Shown: one piece after another, positions 42,845 through 51,795 of the stretch
Layout of the letters: each line of letters begins with the position of its first letter
Numbering within the stretch: the first letter of the stretch is position 1
NCBI GenBank assembly: GCA_041674765.1
Contig: JBAYVE010000003.1
Span: forward strand, 66,040 to 130,039
Source of the DNA: Patescibacteria group bacterium
GTDB lineage: Bacteria; Patescibacteriota; UBA1384; XYA2-FULL-43-10; 1-14-0-10-43-13
Length of the DNA stretch: 64,000 bases
Direction: 5' to 3'
Made by a program: the position numbers and the translations under genes
Notes under the pieces: model-generated
Told to the model about the DNA's origin: nothing
The model's database searches: none
What the model saw: the letters and a program-made list of their open reading frames with translations, nothing else

Positions 42845-44216
42845 CCAACCAAAAAGTTTTAATAATTATTTTTAAGTCGAACCACAATGACCAATTTTCG
42901 ATATAATAAAGATCATATTTTACCCGCTCAGAAACCGAGGTATCTCCTTTGAGGCCGTTCACTTGTGCCCAGCCGGTCAACCCCGTTTTTACCTTGTGCC
43001 GGCGGAAGTAATCAGGAATCTCTTTCTCGAACTTTTCCACTAATTTAGGCAACTCCGGCCGGGGCCCAACGAAACTCATTTCTCCCAGCAAAATATTCCA
43101 GAGTTGGGGAAGCTCGTCGAGATTTGTTTTGCGTAAAATTTTGCCTATCGGGGTAACTCTGGTTTTCTCATCCTCTGCCGTTGTCCAATAGATGCCCCCT
43201 TTAAAATCACATTTATCGATATACATCGATCTGAATTTATAGAAATCAAAGACAATCTCGTCTCTGCTCACGCGCTGATGGCGATAGAAAACCGGGCCGC
43301 GTGAAGTCAATTTGATAAAAAGTGCAATCAATAGGCCGATCGGCGATAAGATAGCCAAGAAAATTGCAGAAAAAAACACATCAAAAAATCGTTTGGCAAT
43401 TCTGCCCCATCCATCGAGAGGAATCGGCCTTAGCTCCATTACCGGGATAGAACCAGCGAGGCCTGGCTTGAAGCTGGATGTCATAATAGCTAAATCGTCC
43501 GGTATGTATTTAAAAGAGATTCTTTTATCATCGCAAAGTCTAACTAAATTGGACAGCTTATCTTTTGTTAGATTAGAATCGGCAAAAATTACCTCGTCGA
43601 TCTCTTTTTTATTCAATATTTCGGCAATATTATCAAAACATCCTATAATCTTTGTATTGCAATCTTTATTTTCTGTTGTGAGCACAGTTCCGACAACTGA
43701 AAATCCGAAACGAAGTTCTCTCTTCACCCTCATGGCAATCTCATCAATGTTCGGAGCACTTCCGATTAGCAAAATATTACGCCGGCCAAGGTCAAAATAT
43801 GCAAGCAATGTCCTTTGAAGACATTTTAGGACCATTCTGGCAATAAAAACAGCAAGAATACTGGTCAGCCAAATTAGAACCAGAATAATCCGTGAAAAGA
43901 AAAGCGTCTTGGCGAAAAAGATTATGACTATAAGACAGAGAATTGCGGTCGAGGCTGAAAGAAATATGCGGTAGAATTCAAAAGCCGGACCAGTATAGTT
44001 CCTAATTGAATATAAGCCGTTTAAAGCATTTAGTCCGATCCAGATAGGCAAAAGATAGAAGCCGTAACGTAAATACTCAGAGATACCGATGGCGGAAAAT
44101 GCTGTCGAGGTTTCAATCTGGGTTCGTAAATAATATGCAAATACGAACGCAATAATGACCGCTATCATGTCGATAGGGATCAGAAGAAATGCAAAAAAAA
44201 GTTCCGAACGTTTCAT
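42795..44216 (-). CDS. Polyprenyl-phosphate sugar phosphotransferase (bacterial sugar transferase, WbaP/CpsE-like).
   Basis: Four or five N-terminal transmembrane helices and a C-terminal DELPQLWNIL.GEMSFVGPRP motif. Confidence 0.85.
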   Translation of the reverse strand: MKRSELFFAFLLIPIDMIAVIIAFVFAYYLRTQIETSTAFSAIGISEYLRYGFYLLPIWIGLNALNGLYSIRNYTGPAFEFYRIFLSASTAILCLIVIIFFAKTLFFSRIILVLIWLTSILAVFIARMVLKCLQRTLLAYFDLGRRNILLIGSAPNIDEIAMRVKRELRFGFSVVGTVLTTENKDCNTKIIGCFDNIAEILNKKEIDEVIFADSNLTKDKLSNLVRLCDDKRISFKYIPDDLAIMTSSFKPGLAGSIPVMELRPIPLDGWGRIAKRFFDVFFSAIFLAILSPIGLLIALFIKLTSRGPVFYRHQRVSRDEIVFDFYKFRSMYIDKCDFKGGIYWTTAEDEKTRVTPIGKILRKTNLDELPQLWNILLGEMSFVGPRPELPKLVEKFEKEIPDYFRRHKVKTGLTGWAQVNGLKGDTSVSERVKYDLYYIENWSLWFDLKIIIKTFWLVVYEAILGKSEYRART

Positions 44217-44282
44217 ATACTTAATAATAGCCTTAAACTGTCAAATTTTCAATTCTGTTCTCCCAAACAAAAAAGTCCCGCC

Positions 44283-44311
44283 GAAGCGGGATTTTTTTGT
44301 TGGATCAAAAA
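44283..44311. terminator. Bidirectional terminator AAAAAAGTCCCGC-CGAA-GCGGGATTTTTTT.
   Basis: Read from the sequence. Confidence 0.75.
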
Positions 44312-44328
44312 CAAAAATTTGGTTCCAA

Positions 44329-44484
44329 TTATTTGGCTGCACCAATTTTAAACATCTTTGTGCCGCACGCTGGACAAGTACCAGACTGAGCTGGTTTGCC
44401 GTTCTTCATGGTAACTTGCTGTGGCTCAACCATTTCCTGCTTTGCCTTGCATTTTACACAATAACCTACTACTGCATCTGCCAT
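44329..44484 (-). CDS. Small (51 aa) zinc-ribbon protein MADAVVGYCVKCKAKQEMVEPQQVTMKNGKPAQSGTCPACGTKMFKIGAAK.
   Basis: Perfect AAGGAGGTGA ribosome-binding site 7 nt before the ATG, CxxC...CxxC, followed by a terminator. It is not in the six-frame track because it is under 60 aa. Confidence 0.7.
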   Translation of the reverse strand: MADAVVGYCVKCKAKQEMVEPQQVTMKNGKPAQSGTCPACGTKMFKIGAAK

Positions 44485-44760
44485 TTTTATTCACCTCCTT
44501 CCTTATTTTCGACCCGCTGACATTTTATAAACTCAATGAGCTTAAAAAATCATTTCCGGGTTATTTATATAACATATCAATTTTATTCGTGTTTACTCGT
44601 GGCTGTCAAGGAACCCGCACATGAATTGATATTATCTTGGCAATATTATAAGCAAAAGTAATTTTTCTCCAGATCCAGAGTAAACAATTCAGCCCCAATC
44701 AAATTGACAAGTTCACCTTTCCTTTTTTTACTTCTGGCAGTTATCCCCAGCGAACGTACA

Positions 44761-44789
44761 AAAATAGACCGTTTGAATGGTCTATTTTA
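44761..44789 (-). terminator. Hairpin AAATAGACC..GGTCTATTT after the thioredoxin-like gene.
   Basis: Read from the sequence. Confidence 0.6.
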
Positions 44790-44821
44790 AGCAAATTTCT
44801 CTGTAGATTAACTATAGGATA

Positions 44822-45331
44822 CTAATTCTCTGGAGTCGTGGCATTAGTATTATCATTAGTATTTGTATTAATTTCAGCATCCGACTCAGCATCCGACCGG
44901 TCAGTAAAGCCAACAATCTCGGCAAGTTCGCTCATTTTTCGCTCTCCACTATATTTCTGACCCTTATAGACCCAGGTCGGATATCCGTCAATTCCCTGCG
45001 CAGTACACTCATCGGGGTTAGCATTTTGGCCTTTCGGGTCACATTCAACATAATCCAAATATTTAGCAGCGTCACCGAACATTTTCTTTTGGGAGTTACA
45101 ATGCGAACACCAGTATGCACCATACATTACCATTCCTTCTGAATTCAGGAATTTCGCAAGTTTCTCCACATACGCATCATCATACTGCTGGTCATTGTTT
45201 GTAATTTCAATTTCGCTATCATCGTTATTCTCAGTCTTGGCGGAGTTTTTGCCGGCAGCGTAAATTAAACCCCCGGCTATCACGATAACTACGATCACAA
45301 TTGATAAAAATGTCTTGGTGTTACTGTTCAT
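44822..45331 (-). CDS. Membrane-anchored thioredoxin-like protein (VKOR-associated Trx-like family, WCSHC active site).
   Basis: N-terminal transmembrane helix, YGAYWCSHC...GYPTW. Confidence 0.75.
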   Translation of the reverse strand: MNSNTKTFLSIVIVVIVIAGGLIYAAGKNSAKTENNDDSEIEITNNDQQYDDAYVEKLAKFLNSEGMVMYGAYWCSHCNSQKKMFGDAAKYLDYVECDPKGQNANPDECTAQGIDGYPTWVYKGQKYSGERKMSELAEIVGFTDRSDAESDAEINTNTNDNTNATTPEN

Positions 45332-45385
45332 ATAACCTTCACTTAATACTAACTCTAACCATAGTATTGTAAGAGTATGTATTTG

Positions 45386-45904
45386 TCAAAACCTTCCGGA
45401 CAAAAGAATCTCTGCGGGTGCTTCACCGTCATTTTGTCCCTCTGTGATATGTATTTCTGTATGTTTACCAATCTGATTATCCAGTCTAAAGGTTTTTGTA
45501 TAAAAAGTACCGCTTGGCCGAAGATTCTCCTTCAATAGTGTATATGCATCATCAATCTCTAGCCAGCACTCATATTGATGCTCATCTTTCACATTCTCAA
45601 TCTTTGCGATCACAACTAACATCGCCTGATTGTCTTCTTCAATATATTTAGCAAGACCAAAATATGTATTATTTTTTATCCCATACAAATATGTTCCCCT
45701 AACATCATCACCGGTTATGTCCTCGCTCGCTACAGAAAGAACCTGCTTATTCAAATCCGAATTTCTAGAACGAAAAAGAAAATTTAGGGTTAACGAAAAT
45801 AACATCAAGAATACGAATGGAAGAATAACTTTAAATGTTTTCATTTTTTGTTTCTTTGAAATTGCCGCCACCAGTTTGACCAGTACCTCTTGTTGAAAGG
45901 CCAA
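45386..45904 (-). CDS. Hypothetical membrane-anchored protein; start uncertain (TTG at 45904 or ATG at 45844).
   Basis: The ORF is in the track and has an N-terminal hydrophobic segment. Confidence 0.45.
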   Translation of the reverse strand: MAFQQEVLVKLVAAISKKQKMKTFKVILPFVFLMLFSLTLNFLFRSRNSDLNKQVLSVASEDITGDDVRGTYLYGIKNNTYFGLAKYIEEDNQAMLVVIAKIENVKDEHQYECWLEIDDAYTLLKENLRPSGTFYTKTFRLDNQIGKHTEIHITEGQNDGEAPAEILLSGRF

Positions 45905-46016
45905 AGATTCACCCTAAACTTTAGACGTCTTCTTTCCGCCAAGTGTTCCCTCATACGTCTATCTCCAGCTGGCTTTGAGCGATATATAGAAAGTTTCTTC
46001 TCGGCAGTTTTTTTCA

Positions 46017-46502
46017 TTATTCAGCTCTATTTTCAAAATATTTCCTAACAACTTGTGGCAACATCGTTTTGAGTTTCTCGCCAGTTCTGGTTTCTTCTTT
46101 GACCAAGTCCATTGCCAGCTCTCGGGTCGCAGGTTCATCGGCGATCTCTGCTGCTGTGGCTATGGCTTCGTAAGTAGCCATTTCTAAGTGTTCGGTTGCA
46201 TGTTCTGCAATCGCATTTTTTACTATTTTGTCTTTAAAGAGATCTGAGCCCATCCCGGTCATCATTCCCATTGCTTCGGCCAATCCGCTCTTCACACTAG
46301 AGACCTCATCTCCTAATCTCTCAACTTCCATTTTGACCCTGTCTGCCTGATCCTTAGTCTCTTCGATATGTTGTTCAATCATTTCCTGCATTTCTGGCAT
46401 GCTATCGAAATCTTTGGCATGGGCTTCTAGCGTCTGCACTATCTGTTGTTCCATTGCGTAGGCATTTTTCAGCCACTCTATTAAAATCTCCTTGGGTTCC
46501 AT
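46017..46502 (-). CDS. Ferritin-like DUF892 (YciE/YciF-family) protein.
   Basis: 161 aa, helical and acidic; LKNAYAMEQQ resembles the YciF N-terminal motif. Confidence 0.6.
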   Translation of the reverse strand: MEPKEILIEWLKNAYAMEQQIVQTLEAHAKDFDSMPEMQEMIEQHIEETKDQADRVKMEVERLGDEVSSVKSGLAEAMGMMTGMGSDLFKDKIVKNAIAEHATEHLEMATYEAIATAAEIADEPATRELAMDLVKEETRTGEKLKTMLPQVVRKYFENRAE

Positions 46503-46579
46503 AAATTCCTTCCTTTACTTAATTATGCAAATCATAAGTCTATGGGATGCTGTTTCCAATGGATTTTTGACCAAAAACC

Positions 46580-46603
46580 AAGGGCCGGCATATGCCGGCC
46601 CTT
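46580..46603. terminator. Palindromic GC hairpin AAGGGCCGGCATATGCCGGCCCTT.
   Basis: Read from the sequence. Confidence 0.6.
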
Positions 46604-46612
46604 ACTCAATAG

Positions 46613-47116
46613 CTATCTAATACTTAACGAAACATCTCCGGAGACTACATCTCCGACAACAGTATTGAGTGACACTGTATTGTTCCCTGTATCGACTGTG
46701 ATATCGACGGTTTGAGTTGAAGATAGATTGCTTACTATCTCACGATATAAGTCATCGCTTACATTGATGACCACGCGGTTAACGGAGAAAGGACCGGTAT
46801 TTGAGTTTCTAATCATAAACATATTGTACGGCTGATCAACATTTACGATCATCACTCTGCGGGCGATACCGATATTTCCTAATCCATTAATATCAAACGA
46901 TATCGGCATGGTGTAGAGTCTTTGCTGATAAAGAAACATCTGATCTAAATAATAAGTGGATTGTCTCTGTAGAAACATCGATGAATAGGCGTTTCTGTAA
47001 ATATTATCACCGTTATAGAAATCCATATTGTAGCTAGCGTTAGCAGTTGGAGCTGATAATGCCAAACTTCCGGCGAGAAGCAATCCAAATAATGATGCTG
47101 CAATTATCTTTTTCAT
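46613..47116 (-). CDS. Secreted hypothetical protein; start taken at the second Met, behind an AAGGAGGTGA ribosome-binding site.
   Basis: Signal peptide MKKIIAASLFGLLLAGSLALSAPTANA. Confidence 0.55.
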   Translation of the reverse strand: MKKIIAASLFGLLLAGSLALSAPTANASYNMDFYNGDNIYRNAYSSMFLQRQSTYYLDQMFLYQQRLYTMPISFDINGLGNIGIARRVMIVNVDQPYNMFMIRNSNTGPFSVNRVVINVSDDLYREIVSNLSSTQTVDITVDTGNNTVSLNTVVGDVVSGDVSLSIR

Positions 47117-47277
47117 TTTTCTCACCTCCTTCATAAAGATATTATAAGGAGGTGAAATGAAAATTTATTTTGACAAAAGATAAAAATAAAAAGTTTATTC
47201 TTTAAAGGCATTCCCCATTTTTGAGGTTGCACAAATTAAAAGATCTATCAGAATTGCTCGATCCTTTGCAACTTTGT

Positions 47278-49551
47278 CTACTTATCCATAGAGCTATTTT
47301 CCGGCCATCCTGCAATCATAATCGATTCAGCCAGCGGCGTGATAGCTTTGAGTTCCTGCCAAACTGCCTCCGTCACAAATGGAATAAAAGGGTGAAGCAA
47401 AATCAAAGATTCAGACAAAATCTTGATCAATATTTTCTTGGTATTTTCTGATATTTCAGTTGACTTGTCTATTTCTACTACAATAGTGTCATCCTCGGGC
47501 CTGACCCGGGGATCCAATTCCTTGTCATCCTGAGGCACCGAAGGATCTCCTTGCGTCTGAGTTTTCGCACTTTCGATATAAACATCGCAAAATTGATGCC
47601 AGAAATATTCATACAATTCCTCACCCGCTCCAGAGAATTGATATTTATCCAATTTTGAAGTGACTGATTTAATAATTTCTGAATGCTTTTTAAGTATCTC
47701 CCGATCAGCCTTGGTCAGTGCTTTCTCGTCGACATTCAAATCACCAATTTTCTCCTGACCGATTTCGCCCGATTGCAAATCACCGTCTGTCACTCGAAGC
47801 ATTACAAATCGAGAAGCATTCCAAATTTTATTCGAAAAATTACGATAACCCTTTATTTTGGATTCGCCAACAGCAAGGTCCTGTCCGGGCGATGAGCCGA
47901 CAACCAAAGCCATACGGAGCGCATCTGTGCCGTATTTTGGGATAATGTCCAATGGATCAAGCACATTACCCAAAGATTTGCTCATCTTGCGATTGTGCTC
48001 GTCCCGGACAAGGCCATGAAAGTAAACAGTTTCAAATGGAACTTTATCTGTGAATTCGAGACCAAAAGCGGCCATCCGGGCAACCCAGAAAGGCAAAATG
48101 TCATAACCTGTTTCCATAACAGCTGTCGGATAGAAATAATCATAATCTTTGCTTTTGTCTGGCCAGCCCAGGGTAGAAAACGGCCACAACGCCGAAGAAA
48201 ACCAAGTATCGAGCACGTCAAAATCCTGTGTCCAGCCCTCGCCATCGGGTGCTTCCATTCCACAATAAATCTCTTCCCCCCTGTACCATACGGGAATTTG
48301 ATGTCCCCACCAGATTTGACGGGAAATGCACCAATCACGGATATTTTCCATCCAGTTGATATACATTTTTTTAAAACGGTCAGGTATGATATCCATCTCG
48401 CCTTTTTCAACAACATCCTTTGCTCTCCCGGCCATCTCCTTCATCTTCACAAACCACTGTTTTGAAGGAATAGGCTCAATCGTTCCACCGCAACGGTAGC
48501 AAGTAGGCAAGCTGTTATCATACTCATCAACGTGATCGATTAGTCCCATTTTCTCCATATCTTCGACAATCGCTTCTCTAGCTTGCGCCGTGGTCATACC
48601 GGCATACTTACCTGTATTTGGCATCATACGGCCATTTTCATCAATTATCTGCTTCATCGGCAGATCATTGCGCTGTGCAATTTCATAATCGGTAAAACTG
48701 TGAGCTGGAGTAACTTTGACCGCGCCACTGCCGAATGACGGATCTACAGCATTATCAGCAACAACGATGATCTCAAATTCGCCAAGAACCCCTGGAATCA
48801 TATATTTTTTGCCTACCATATCGAAATAACGGTCATCCTTGGGACTTACAGCCACGGCAGTATCACCCAGTTTTGTTTCAGGCCGGGTAGTTGCCAAAAT
48901 AAACGGACCGTATTTAATCCAATAAAGTTTAGATTTTTGCTCTTTGTATTCTACTTCATCATCAGCAATCGCCGTGTGGCAACGTGGGCACCAATTTACC
49001 ACTCGAAGACCCTGATAAATTTGCCCTTTGTTATATAGATCGACAAATGCAGTTCGAACGGCTTTATTTAGACCCTCGTCAAGAGTAAATCTTTCACGCG
49101 ACCAATCGCACGAAGCGCCCATCCGCCGTAATTGCCGCGTAATAGTGCCGCCATATTCCTCTTTCCATTTCCAGACTTCGGCAATAAATTTCTCCCGGCC
49201 AAGTTCGCGTTTATCAATCCCCTTTTTCTTCAGCATTTTATCAACAACCGTTTGAGTTGCGATGCCGGCATGATCTGTACCCGGCAACCAAAGAGTTGGC
49301 TCGCCCTTAAGCCGATGATAACGGGTCATAATATCTTGCAAAGTTACAAACAAAGAGTGGCCAACGTGAAGTTTACCAGTCACGTTTGGCGGCGGCATTG
49401 AAATCACAAATGGCTTGCCGTCGATTTTACGGTCATATTTCGGATTACCACCCATATTGATCTCCGGCCGGAAATAACCGGAGTTTTCCCAGCTGTCGTA
49501 GATCTTTTCCTCAAACTCTTCGTGGTTGTAGGCTTTGGCAATTTGTTTCAT
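47278..49551 (-). CDS. valS: Valyl-tRNA synthetase (short form without the C-terminal coiled coil).
   Basis: PPPNVTGKLHVGHSL (HIGH), KMSKSLGN and an editing domain, 757 aa. Confidence 0.88.
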   Translation of the reverse strand: MKQIAKAYNHEEFEEKIYDSWENSGYFRPEINMGGNPKYDRKIDGKPFVISMPPPNVTGKLHVGHSLFVTLQDIMTRYHRLKGEPTLWLPGTDHAGIATQTVVDKMLKKKGIDKRELGREKFIAEVWKWKEEYGGTITRQLRRMGASCDWSRERFTLDEGLNKAVRTAFVDLYNKGQIYQGLRVVNWCPRCHTAIADDEVEYKEQKSKLYWIKYGPFILATTRPETKLGDTAVAVSPKDDRYFDMVGKKYMIPGVLGEFEIIVVADNAVDPSFGSGAVKVTPAHSFTDYEIAQRNDLPMKQIIDENGRMMPNTGKYAGMTTAQAREAIVEDMEKMGLIDHVDEYDNSLPTCYRCGGTIEPIPSKQWFVKMKEMAGRAKDVVEKGEMDIIPDRFKKMYINWMENIRDWCISRQIWWGHQIPVWYRGEEIYCGMEAPDGEGWTQDFDVLDTWFSSALWPFSTLGWPDKSKDYDYFYPTAVMETGYDILPFWVARMAAFGLEFTDKVPFETVYFHGLVRDEHNRKMSKSLGNVLDPLDIIPKYGTDALRMALVVGSSPGQDLAVGESKIKGYRNFSNKIWNASRFVMLRVTDGDLQSGEIGQEKIGDLNVDEKALTKADREILKKHSEIIKSVTSKLDKYQFSGAGEELYEYFWHQFCDVYIESAKTQTQGDPSVPQDDKELDPRVRPEDDTIVVEIDKSTEISENTKKILIKILSESLILLHPFIPFVTEAVWQELKAITPLAESIMIAGWPENSSMDK

Positions 49552-49619
49552 AGATTTTTTATAACATAATGCATCTATTTTTTCTATATTAGGAGAGAGT
49601 TTTTGAAATTATTGATTGG

Positions 49620-49648
49620 TTGACTTGTGTCTGTTTTCAGGGTAGTAT
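49620..49648 (+). promoter_or_regulatory. Sigma-70-like promoter TTGACT, 17 nt, TAGTAT.
   Basis: Read from the sequence, about 65 nt upstream of the AAGGAG ribosome-binding site of the GreA-like gene. Confidence 0.55.
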
Positions 49649-49713
49649 ATCTCTCAAATCGATCGACTCCCCGAAAGCCGATCGGTGAACACCCAATAAG
49701 GAGCACACCCCCG

Positions 49714-50253
49714 ATGTATTTTGCTACCAGAAGGACGCTAACACGTTCTGGCCAGATCTTGAAAGAGATCACTCAACGGCGAGACGAAGCACGCCATGAA
49801 CTTTCCGGGGCGACCGGAGCCATCGAGGATCGCGAGATCCATCCCACCTCACTGGCCGTACTTGAGCAGAAAAACTCGGCAAATTATGATAGTTTAGTTG
49901 CCGAGGTCTTGGGCTCGATTGACATTCAGGTCATCGAAGACCAATTCGACATCGCAAAAGAACATATCGTACAAATCGGCTCCGAGGTTGTATTGGAGAT
50001 CAAAGGCGCAGGTCGACCAAACCCGCGTACAGCAACCTATCAAATCCTCGGGCCTGTAGAAGCTGCCCCGGATGCCGGTACGGTGATCTGTAGTACAAAC
50101 GTACTGGCGCGTGCTATCATCGACCATTGCGTAGGTGACGTAGTCGCCTACAACGGCGGAAATACGGCCAAGATCATCAGCACCAAGCGATGGTCTGGGC
50201 TTGAAAAACCCGTGCGTCGGCGGAAGCCCCGCCATGAAGCCAAAGCATCATAA
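49714..50253 (+). CDS. GreA/GreB-family transcription factor homologue with an atypical N-terminal domain; GC-rich.
   Basis: C-terminal IGSEVVLEIKGAGRPNPRTATYQILGPVEAAPDAGTVICSTNVLARAIIDHCVGDVVAYNGGN matches the GreA FKBP-like domain. The start is at the ATG after AAGGAG. Confidence 0.7.
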   Translation: MYFATRRTLTRSGQILKEITQRRDEARHELSGATGAIEDREIHPTSLAVLEQKNSANYDSLVAEVLGSIDIQVIEDQFDIAKEHIVQIGSEVVLEIKGAGRPNPRTATYQILGPVEAAPDAGTVICSTNVLARAIIDHCVGDVVAYNGGNTAKIISTKRWSGLEKPVRRRKPRHEAKAS

Positions 50254-50291
50254 TTGTGATGCACCCCCCTTTTTTTTACTCCCCGCTGTAT

Positions 50292-50329
50292 CCGCCACCA
50301 GCTCTCCCGAGCTGATGGCGGTCTTTTTT
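50292..50329 (+). terminator. Terminator CCGCCACCAGCTC..GAGCTGATGGCGG followed by TTTTTT.
   Basis: Read from the sequence. Confidence 0.75.
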
Positions 50330-50331
50330 AT

Positions 50332-50373
50332 AAAAAAAAGACCCGCGACTACTCATGTGAGTAGAAGCGGGCC
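50332..50373 (-). terminator. Terminator for the minus-strand HD gene (CCCGCGACTACTCA..TGAGTAGAAGCGGG after an A-run).
   Basis: Read from the sequence. Confidence 0.65.
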
Positions 50374-51074
50374 TAGCACTTTCCGGCCGCTGTGAGTTCG
50401 GCGAGCCGGAGATGAGCCCGATAAAGGATCTCATCGAAAATTTCATTGTACTTGGCAAGCAAGCACTTGGGGATAAACATTCGGCACTCGATAGCCATCC
50501 GGTAGAAATCCCCACCTTCGATAGTTTCTCGGAGCATCCGCAATTCTGCTTTTTCTGAGCCTCCGTGAGGACGGCGCAGATTGTGCAGCCGATCCAGTAG
50601 TTTGGCAAATGGTATCTGCCACATTTGCCTGAAGAAAAGCAGGAAATGCCTTTTCGACGCAGCCTCGATAATCTGATCGAAGTAGTGTCTTAAGTACAAA
50701 TCCCTTTCTTCGTCTGAGTTGAATTTTCCATGCTCCTCTTTGGTCAATGCCTTCACGCCGAAGGTGACAAGCGGGCCAAAGATGGGGCCGAATGACCTAG
50801 ACAGTTCACGTGCCTTTATCTTGCCATCCTCAAAAACATCATGAAGAACGCAGATCAACACTAGAAGAAAATTGTAGAAAAACTCCTTTGACATGTCAGA
50901 TACTGCCAAGAGATGTTCTACTTGAGGATGTCCAGACCGGTCAACTTTTCCTTTGAGCTGTGAGGTTGTGATATGAACAGCTAAGTGCTCCAATCCCAGA
51001 AAAAGCCAATTTGTTCCATGGAGATGCCGCTCCATGTATCTATCGGCGTTTACACCTAGGGGTACATGAATCAT
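50373..51074 (-). CDS. Small alarmone hydrolase (RelA/SpoT-type HD-domain (p)ppGpp pyrophosphohydrolase, Mesh1-like).
   Basis: HD-domain His...HD pattern (HLLAVSDM ... LHDVFED) and an LDRLHNLRR motif, 233 aa; GC-rich. Confidence 0.7.
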   Translation of the reverse strand: MIHVPLGVNADRYMERHLHGTNWLFLGLEHLAVHITTSQLKGKVDRSGHPQVEHLLAVSDMSKEFFYNFLLVLICVLHDVFEDGKIKARELSRSFGPIFGPLVTFGVKALTKEEHGKFNSDEERDLYLRHYFDQIIEAASKRHFLLFFRQMWQIPFAKLLDRLHNLRRPHGGSEKAELRMLRETIEGGDFYRMAIECRMFIPKCLLAKYNEIFDEILYRAHLRLAELTAAGKC

Positions 51075-51316
51075 CGATCATCTCCTTTCGATTTTGTATG
51101 TGCTCGACCAACAAAAAAGGGCCCCGAGGGGTCCTAGTAGTTGGTCGCGTGTTTTTGTGCGCAGAGATCTAGTTTCTTTGAAATAAAGTGCCAAAATTTT
51201 TGCCAAATCTTGCTCATTAAAATGATAATAGAGCAAGCACTTGCCAGTGTCAATACGCTATATAAAATAGATCTGGACCGGTGCTAACATTTTCCTACTG
51301 TGGATAACTTTATACA

Positions 51317-51348
51317 AAAATTAGCCAGCCCCGAAGCTGACTAATTTT
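51317..51348. terminator. Hairpin AAAATTAGCCAGC-CCCGAA-GCTGACTAATTTT in a 720-bp ORF-free region.
   Basis: Read from the sequence, with T-runs on both strands. Confidence 0.5.
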
Positions 51349-51795
51349 CTGCTCATAGATATCTATTGTCTGCCTTAAGTCAGACACCGCCTGATTAGCG
51401 GTTTGCAGTCTTCCCGAATTTAGCGCGAGTACGAAAGTGCGCTAACTATTGTTTACCTTATATATATGATCGGAAAATATGTCTAAAGTTATTAGGAAAT
51501 TACTTTTTTTTGTAATAAGTTACAGAATCATTAGCATTTATACTCCATTCCTAAGCTTCAGCTTGCCATGCAAACGCGTGCAATATCTTAGGTTTGACAA
51601 CGAACAACCTGACGATCTAACCATAGGCTGGCGATGACACAAAATTATGACATTCGCTTTTCATTTTTTTTACCTCTCAATTCAGAAATCGCAGTTGGTA
51701 CGATACAATAAATTTGTTTTTTAACAAGTATTTATTCTTATTGTCTTTTTAGAAATTCAGTAGTATGCTTTTGTCATACAATTAAACAAATCAAA

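Noticed and set aside
47982-48465. Plus- and minus-strand ORFs of 144-156 aa inside valS.
   Set aside because: They are alternate-frame artefacts within the ValRS coding sequence.
49584-49772. A 62-aa minus-strand ORF, and the first 28 codons of the 49627..50253 ORF.
   Set aside because: They have no ribosome-binding site and overlap the promoter and 5' UTR of the GreA-like gene. A real start with an AAGGAG ribosome-binding site is at 49714.
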